In this document: one piece after another, positions 1-3,527 of the stretch
Layout of the letters: the number at the start of each line of letters is the position of its first letter
How positions within the stretch are numbered: the stretch's first letter is position 1
DNA from: a virus
Virus record (IMG/VR): IMGVR_UViG_3300045988_015275
Span: 1 to 5,636 of that record
Direction: 5' to 3' (one strand)
DNA: 5,636 bases
Program-made: the position numbers and the translations under genes
Notes under the pieces: generated by a model
What the model saw: the letters and a program-made list of their open reading frames with translations, nothing else
Databases searched by the model: none
What the model was told of the DNA's origin: nothing

Positions 1-55
1 GCAGCGGGCATCAATCCTATCCTAGCAGCGACCAACGGAGCAACAAGCACACCAT
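1..55. repeat. Terminal direct redundancy, left copy; identical to 5582-5636. This is the signature of a circular genome written out linearly.
   Basis: Base-by-base comparison: gcagcgggcatcaatcctatcctagcagcgaccaacggagcaacaagcacaccat occurs at 1-55 and again at 5582-5636 with no mismatch. The repeat lies inside an open reading frame and keeps it in frame. Confidence 0.9.
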
Positions 56-474
56 CGGGAGCATCTGCAAGCATTGGAAGCCAACATTATAACCAGCAGA
101 GCGCACAAGCTGCAAGTGTAAGCGCTATGTACGAGTACGGCAACAACACGGCAGAACTGGCAGACAAATACTTACAGCTGGCAAAGCAAGCCACCAGCGC
201 AAAACAGTTTAAGAATGCCAAAAGCTGGGAACAGGCAGCAAGCGAGCTGGCAACCTCAAGCGCAAAACAGGCACAACAGTACAGCTATGCAGCAAGCAAA
301 TTAGGTTCAGGCCTTGCAAAAGCGGGAGAAAAAGCCAAAGACGCAGTAAAAAAGGCTGGTGAAGCAGCCAAAGAAGGTGTTGACAAAGTAGCCGAAGATA
401 CTATCAACAAGACAGCAAGAAGACGTAAACTAATAGATGGATTCAAATCTGGAGAAACATACACAGGAGACTAA
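1..474 (+). CDS. VP2: DNA pilot / minor capsid protein VP2, C-terminal 157 aa. It continues the ORF that starts at 5183 across the circular junction; the whole protein is 290 aa.
   Basis: Frame 1 is open from base 1 to the TAA at 472-474, and the frame from ATG 5183 runs into base 5582 (= base 1) as a codon start. The junction encodes ...AERAFQKEMRGTAYQDTVKDMIAAGINPILAATNG..., which I recognise as the conserved core of gokushovirus-type VP2. The Ala/Lys/Glu-rich helical C-terminus suits a phiX174 H-like pilot protein. The track ORF 127-474 is only an internal Met of this gene. Confidence 0.8.
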   Translation, partial: AAGINPILAATNGATSTPSGASASIGSQHYNQQSAQAASVSAMYEYGNNTAELADKYLQLAKQATSAKQFKNAKSWEQAASELATSSAKQAQQYSYAASKLGSGLAKAGEKAKDAVKKAGEAAKEGVDKVAEDTINKTARRRKLIDGFKSGETYTGD

Positions 475-480
475 GAAAGG

Positions 481-511
481 AAAGGGGGGTGGTAAAACAT
501 CTCCCTTTTTT
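481..511 (+). terminator. Rho-independent terminator-like hairpin downstream of VP2
   Basis: The 5' arm 481-491 (aaaggggggtg) pairs with the 3' arm 498-508 (catctcccttt), with loop gtaaaa. That gives 11 pairs, including two G-U wobbles and a G/C-rich core (484-491 with 498-505). A run of six T (506-511) follows. It starts 7 nt after the VP2 stop. Confidence 0.55.
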
Positions 512-548
512 AGTAACAGCAATCAAAAAAAAGAAAGCGAGGTGTCAA

Positions 549-581
549 CCGGCACAAGATAGACAAGGAAGCTTGTGCCGG
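549..581 (+). promoter_or_regulatory. Perfect 10-bp stem-loop immediately upstream of the Rep start, with an SD-like AAGGAAG in the loop
   Basis: ccggcacaag (549-558) is the exact reverse complement of cttgtgccgg (572-581). The 13-nt loop atagacaaggaag contains AAGGAAG (565-571). The stem ends 8 nt before ATG 590 and covers the alternative GTG at 575. Confidence 0.5.
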
Positions 582-589
582 TAACAAAA

Positions 590-1579
590 ATGCCATGTAC
601 AAAACCATTAGTATTTCAGATGGATACAAAAAAACCGCAACTGTGGGGAAGTCTGGAAAACCTATCCAAGCAAGGACTGCAAACGGACATCATGGACGGA
701 GTCAAAAAAGGAAAATTCGCATTGTTACCATGCGGTAAGTGCGAATATTGCCGAAAACAGACGGCTGACCAATGGGCAACAAGAATAGAGCTAGAAGCCA
801 AAGAGTGGGACGATGTGATTTTTCTAACACTGACATATGACGATGAGCATATCCCATACGGCGAAATCATCAAAGGCTACAAAAGCATTCAAAGCCAGAC
901 GGTAAGCAAACGAGACGTACAGCTATTTATAAAGCGACTGAGAAAAGCATACAAAAAACCAATAAAATACTTTCTAGCAGCCGAATATGGCGACAGAACA
1001 AAAAGACCACACTACCATGCGATAGTATTTGGACTAAAACCACCGGATGCACAATGGTATAAGAACCAGAAAGGCAACAGCTACTTTAAAAGCGAGTGGT
1101 TACAAAAAATCTGGGGCAAAGGTATGATTGACTTTTCACCAGCACAGCCGGGAAGTTTTGCATACGTAGCGCAGTACGTCAACAAAAAAGCCATAGGTGC
1201 AGAGCAAGCAGCTAAATACTGGATGGAAGGTCGAGAGCCAGAGTTTAGAATCATGTCAAAAGGTATCGGCGAAAAATATCTAAAAGAACACAAAGATGAA
1301 ATCTTGAAAACAGATAGCATCATATGCGCAGGAGGACGCGAGAAAAGGCCGCCACGCTATTTTGATAAGATACTAGATAAGGATACCAGCCAAGACACAG
1401 AAAGCTATTTTAAGGCACATTCTGACGAGCTGAGAGAGGTTAGAGCCAGACGCAGACGCAGTGCAATACAAAGTTTGGTCAATCTCGAACAGAGCACAAG
1501 CGTGGATTACGAAACCTATCTCAACATTCAGAAAGAAAAAGACAAACTAAAGCAAAAGTGGCGTGAGCCAAAAGCATGA
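590..1579 (+). CDS. VP4: Rolling-circle replication initiator (HUH endonuclease), Microviridae VP4 / phiX174 A-like, 329 aa
   Basis: Motif I FLTLTY is at 821-838. The HUH motif is HYH in RPHYHAIVF (1010-1018). The catalytic tyrosine motif YVAQYVNKK (1163-1189) is nearly identical to phiX174 A YVAKYVNKK. A CGKCEYCR cysteine cluster lies near the N-terminus. ATG 590 gives the family-typical MPCTKPL N-terminus. GTG 575, the track start, is possible (AGGA 566-569, 5-nt spacing) but lies inside the hairpin arm. Confidence 0.9.
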   Translation: MPCTKPLVFQMDTKKPQLWGSLENLSKQGLQTDIMDGVKKGKFALLPCGKCEYCRKQTADQWATRIELEAKEWDDVIFLTLTYDDEHIPYGEIIKGYKSIQSQTVSKRDVQLFIKRLRKAYKKPIKYFLAAEYGDRTKRPHYHAIVFGLKPPDAQWYKNQKGNSYFKSEWLQKIWGKGMIDFSPAQPGSFAYVAQYVNKKAIGAEQAAKYWMEGREPEFRIMSKGIGEKYLKEHKDEILKTDSIICAGGREKRPPRYFDKILDKDTSQDTESYFKAHSDELREVRARRRRSAIQSLVNLEQSTSVDYETYLNIQKEKDKLKQKWREPKA

Positions 1580-1599
1580 CGCAAAGCACACAAGCGCGA

Positions 1600-1614
1600 T
1601 ATAATATTAACTTG
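1600..1614 (+). promoter_or_regulatory. AT-rich palindromic element just after the Rep stop. It could be a -10 box (TATAAT 1600-1605) or a candidate nick/origin core.
   Basis: TATAAT is at 1600-1605, with ATGACG (1576-1581) 18 nt upstream as a weak -35. The 8-bp palindrome TAATATTA is at 1602-1609. ATATTAA (1604-1610) and AACTTG (1609-1614) are both sub-strings of the phiX174 origin core CAACTTGATATTAATAAC, but in a different order. Confidence 0.3.
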
Positions 1615-1644
1615 TTGTAGGAGTAGTAGTAGAGGTGGTGGAAA

Positions 1645-1810
1645 AGTTGAAAAGTACTAAAATTTAACACTAAAGCGTAAATAAAAAGCAAAAAACGCTG
1701 TTGAAAGTTTTGTTGAAAACTTGTTGAATTGTTGAAAGTTCGTCAAAATGACTAAAATCATTGTGCAACATTTTGTGGAAAACCTGTTGAAACTGTTGAA
1801 ACTGTTGAAA
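1645..1810 (+). repeat. Array of nine same-orientation TGTTGAAA octamers (iteron-like)
   Basis: Exact TGTTGAAA occurs at 1699-1706, 1711-1718, 1730-1737, 1785-1792, 1794-1801 and 1803-1810. One-mismatch copies are at 1645-1652 (AGTTGAAA), 1722-1729 (TGTTGAAT) and 1774-1781 (TGTGGAAA). All are in the same orientation in non-coding DNA. I found no other exact copy elsewhere in the window by eye. Confidence 0.85.
1784..1810 (+). repeat. Perfect tandem repeat (CTGTTGAAA)x3
   Basis: The 9-mers at 1784-1792, 1793-1801 and 1802-1810 are identical and head-to-tail. Confidence 0.95.
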
Positions 1811-1884
1811 ACGCGCACAGCGCTAAAAAGGAATGGATTTAGCCGAATTCCGCTGCGCTCCATACGGCAAGGCGCTAAAGCGCC
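1811..1884 (+). other. GC-rich cluster of nested or adjacent hairpins in the non-coding region; candidate ssDNA structural element
   Basis: gcgc-aca-gcgc is at 1813-1823. gctaaa (1822-1827) pairs with tttagc (1838-1843). gcgca (1813-1817) pairs with tgcgc (1854-1858), enclosing the former. ggcgc-taaa-gcgcc is at 1871-1884. GCGCTAAA is a direct repeat at 1820-1827 and 1872-1879. The region contrasts sharply with the A/T-rich repeat array just upstream. Confidence 0.5.
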
Positions 1885-1902
1885 ATTCAAACCAAAAAAC
1901 AA

Positions 1903-1931
1903 TTGACAAGCGACAAAAAAAGTGATATCAT
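1903..1931 (+). promoter_or_regulatory. Near-consensus sigma70-type promoter with extended -10, driving the peptidase-to-VP1 gene block
   Basis: The -35 is TTGACA (1903-1908), followed by an exact 17-nt spacer. TG at 1923-1924 plus TATCAT (1926-1931) gives TGnTATCAT, which is 5/6 to TATAAT. The predicted start near 1938 precedes SD GAGGA (1945-1949) and GTG 1957. Confidence 0.6.
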
Positions 1932-1956
1932 AAAAACAGAAAGTGAGGAAACAGCC

Positions 1957-2349
1957 GTGAGCATTAAAAGCTACATTGTAAACACCGATGGAAACGTAAA
2001 ACTTGCAAGACACTTCAAAGTAAAAGAGTTTGCATGTAAAGACGGTAGTCCGGTAGTATTCATAGACGAACATCTATACACTACTCTGGATATCTTACGA
2101 CATGAGCTGGGAAAACCAGTCATTATCACCAGCGGATACAGAACACCAGAGTGGAACGAAAAAGTCGGTGGAGCAAAATACAGCTATCATATGCGCGGTA
2201 TGGCGGCAGATATCCGGGTCGATGGCGTGAGTCCAAAAGAACTTGCCCAAAAACTTAATAGCATCGTCCCAGATGAATGCGGCATTATCGTATATAACAC
2301 GTGGGTACACATCGACACACGCGCCAGCAAATACAGAAAGGGGGTATAA
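1957..2349 (+). CDS. Zinc metallopeptidase of the peptidase M15 type (D-Ala-D-Ala carboxypeptidase / L-Ala-D-Glu peptidase fold); putative peptidoglycan hydrolase, 130 aa
   Basis: The sequence reads FKVKEFACKDG ... ITSGYRTPEWN ... SYHMRGMAAD (H-x6-D; His 2188-2190, Asp 2209-2211) ... WVHIDTR (His 2308-2310). This is the His/Asp/His zinc-ligand layout of M15 enzymes such as the phage T5 endolysin. There is no in-frame ATG before the domain. GTG 1957 has GAGGA 7 nt upstream and lies downstream of the promoter. The track start TTG 1903 is the promoter -35 itself, so it is unlikely to be coding. Confidence 0.8.
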   Translation: MSIKSYIVNTDGNVKLARHFKVKEFACKDGSPVVFIDEHLYTTLDILRHELGKPVIITSGYRTPEWNEKVGGAKYSYHMRGMAADIRVDGVSPKELAQKLNSIVPDECGIIVYNTWVHIDTRASKYRKGV

Positions 2350-2350
2350 G

Positions 2351-2473
2351 ATGGCGCTGATTTCCATTAAGGACATCAAACAGGCAATCCGCATTATGAT
2401 GCAGATTCTCGAAAAGCTTGACGAAATCTATCACGCATTGCATGATAGCGTCAACGAAAAAGAAAAGGAGTAA
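2351..2473 (+). CDS. Small hypothetical protein, 40 aa, predicted helical (MALISIKDIKQAIRIMMQILEKLDEIYHALHDSVNEKEKE)
   Basis: ATG 2351 lies 1 nt after the peptidase stop, with GGGGG (2340-2344) 6 nt upstream. The track ORF 2243-2473 is this gene plus a spurious N-terminal extension overlapping the peptidase in another frame. I do not recognise the family. Confidence 0.55.
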   Translation: MALISIKDIKQAIRIMMQILEKLDEIYHALHDSVNEKEKE

Positions 2474-2477
2474 AGCC

Positions 2478-2699
2478 ATGACGAACAGATCGTGGAATGT
2501 ACGAGACCAGCCCGAAGAAGCATTGGAAGAACTGCTCACACGAAAATACAAAGAAATTGATGGCAATTACAAAATGCTTAAAAAAGTGTCAAACATCAAA
2601 GACGCACAAATGCTAGTAGATGAAATTTGGCAAATGAAAAGCTTTGTAAACGCCATCGAAATGGAACTGATTAGAAGGGGGTATAAAAATGGCACATAG
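2478..2699 (+). CDS. Small hypothetical protein, 73 aa, acidic/helical
   Basis: ATG 2478 is preceded by AAGGAG (2465-2470) at 7-nt spacing. The track ORF 2418-2699 starts at a TTG inside the previous gene. The protein MTNRSWNVRDQPEEALEELLTRKYKEIDG... has no hydrophobic segment, and I do not recognise the family. Confidence 0.65.
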   Translation: MTNRSWNVRDQPEEALEELLTRKYKEIDGNYKMLKKVSNIKDAQMLVDEIWQMKSFVNAIEMELIRRGYKNGT

Positions 2700-2805
2700 A
2701 AGCGGAGCGGGTAAAGGCGACCGAGAACGCTTTACCCAGACAGCAAAGCGGGTAAAAAACATCAATGTACGACCGAAGGTATCGCGGGGCGGCATCCGCC
2801 TGTAA
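2689..2805 (+). CDS. Very basic 38-aa protein; probable DNA-binding/packaging protein (phiX174 J or gokushovirus VP8/ORF8 analogue)
   Basis: This ORF is absent from the ORF track (too short). I translated it by hand: MAHRSGAGKGDRERFTQTAKRVKNINVRPKVSRGGIRL, ending in TAA at 2803-2805. It has 10 Arg/Lys against 2 acidic residues. GGGGG (2677-2681) lies 7 nt upstream of the ATG. The start overlaps the end of the previous gene by 11 nt, suggesting translational coupling. As I recall, the RGGIRL-type C-terminus recurs in small basic proteins of gut microviruses. Confidence 0.6.
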   Translation: MAHRSGAGKGDRERFTQTAKRVKNINVRPKVSRGGIRL

Positions 2806-2841
2806 ACGATACAAACAAAGACGAAGAGTAAAGGAGAAAAA

Positions 2842-3096
2842 ATGAAACTGAAATTCTATTCATTCCACGATGCACTGACCAACGGCTACTCTCAGCCGTT
2901 TCTTCAGAACAACAGGGCACAGGCGGTCAGAACGGCACGCTGGAAAGCCAACGAAAGCAAACCGAGTGAAATCGAAGATATCAGTCTGGTTGAACTGGGC
3001 GAGTTTGACACCGAAACCGGCTACATGAGCGAGGCAATGCCTGAACACATCGCACGGCTCATCGATCTGAAGGAGACGGCCAATGTTAAATCCTGA
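2842..3096 (+). CDS. Conserved small non-structural microvirus protein, 84 aa (possibly VP5-like)
   Basis: AAAGGAG (2830-2836) lies upstream of ATG 2842. The pattern MKLKFYSFHD...GYSQPFLQNNRAQAVR...ISLVELGEFDTETG resembles a small protein I recall as common in gokushovirus-like genomes (...PF...N...A.R...L..LGEFD..TG). The functional label is uncertain. Confidence 0.6.
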   Translation: MKLKFYSFHDALTNGYSQPFLQNNRAQAVRTARWKANESKPSEIEDISLVELGEFDTETGYMSEAMPEHIARLIDLKETANVKS

Positions 3097-3502
3097 TGCA
3101 CTGGTAAGGTACTACGGACTACCGACCGAGAGAGTGGCAAACAATCCGGGCAGCAAGACCGCGCCAACGTGGAAAGCAGTAAAGCGACCGAACGGCACTA
3201 CCGACTACATCGAGCAGCCGGAAGAAAACACATACGAAAAAATCCAGCGAGCCGGCGAAGGATACGACCTTGCAAGCGCAATCGCACGGCTGGAAGCCGG
3301 AGATACCAGCATCAAGGCAAAGAGCATGGTATACACCGAAGGAACTGAACTTGAAAGTCTGCCGAAGGATATCATGACAATGCACGAAAAAGCCGAGACT
3401 GCAGCCGAAACGCTGGAACAGCTGAAACAGGTGCAGCAGATCGAACAGCCGAAGCCGGAAGAGAAAAAGGAAGAGGTGAAGGAAAACGAACCGAAACAGT
3501 GA
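3083..3502 (+). CDS. Putative internal scaffolding protein (VP3-like), 139 aa, with an acidic/Lys-rich tail
   Basis: AGGAG (3071-3075) lies 7 nt before ATG 3083, and the start overlaps the previous gene by 14 nt. The gene sits directly upstream of the capsid gene. The protein is acidic with a low-complexity tail, PKPEEKKEEVKENEPKQ. Similarity to the VP3 family is weak by eye, so the CDS call is firmer than the function. Confidence 0.6.
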   Translation: MLNPDALVRYYGLPTERVANNPGSKTAPTWKAVKRPNGTTDYIEQPEENTYEKIQRAGEGYDLASAIARLEAGDTSIKAKSMVYTEGTELESLPKDIMTMHEKAETAAETLEQLKQVQQIEQPKPEEKKEEVKENEPKQ

Positions 3503-3527
3503 AAACCATTTCGCGCAAGTGCCACGA

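Noticed and set aside
1-55. Terminal 55-nt repeats as biological long terminal repeats or attachment-site duplications of an integrated element.
   Set aside because: They are direct, perfectly identical and internal to a single ORF, which they join in frame. There is no flanking non-viral sequence and no integrase. An assembly overlap of a circular molecule is the simpler explanation.
380-407. Promoter-like TTGACA (380-385), 16 nt spacer, TATCAA (402-407) inside the VP2 3' end. There is also TTGACG (2418-2423), 17 nt spacer, CATGAT (2441-2446) inside the 40-aa ORF.
   Set aside because: The -10 elements are weak (4/6). Both sites lie inside coding sequence where chance matches are expected, and the first would be followed at once by the 481-511 terminator. 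I cannot separate them from chance without transcript mapping.
1576-1620. A 14-codon ORF (ATG 1576, MTQSTQARYNINLL) overlapping the Rep stop in an ATGA arrangement.
   Set aside because: It is too short and featureless and has no SD. It is most likely incidental to the AT-rich regulatory element.
1645-1810. Possibility that the short repeat array is a CRISPR array or a transposon end.
   Set aside because: The units are 8-9 nt, and either contiguous or separated by irregular 0-46 nt of A/T-rich filler. That is far below CRISPR repeat and spacer sizes. There are no inverted terminal repeats, no target-site duplications and no transposase or cas genes.
1903-1956. The TTG-initiated N-terminal extension of the peptidase ORF (track start 1903). 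Similar extensions exist at 2243 (for 2351), 2418 (for 2478), 575 (Rep) and 3519 (VP1).
   Set aside because: The TTG at 1903 is the -35 hexamer of the promoter. The extensions at 2243 and 2418 overlap upstream genes and lack an SD, while the internal starts have strong SDs. 575 and 3519 remain possible alternative starts, but the ATGs give family-typical N-termini.
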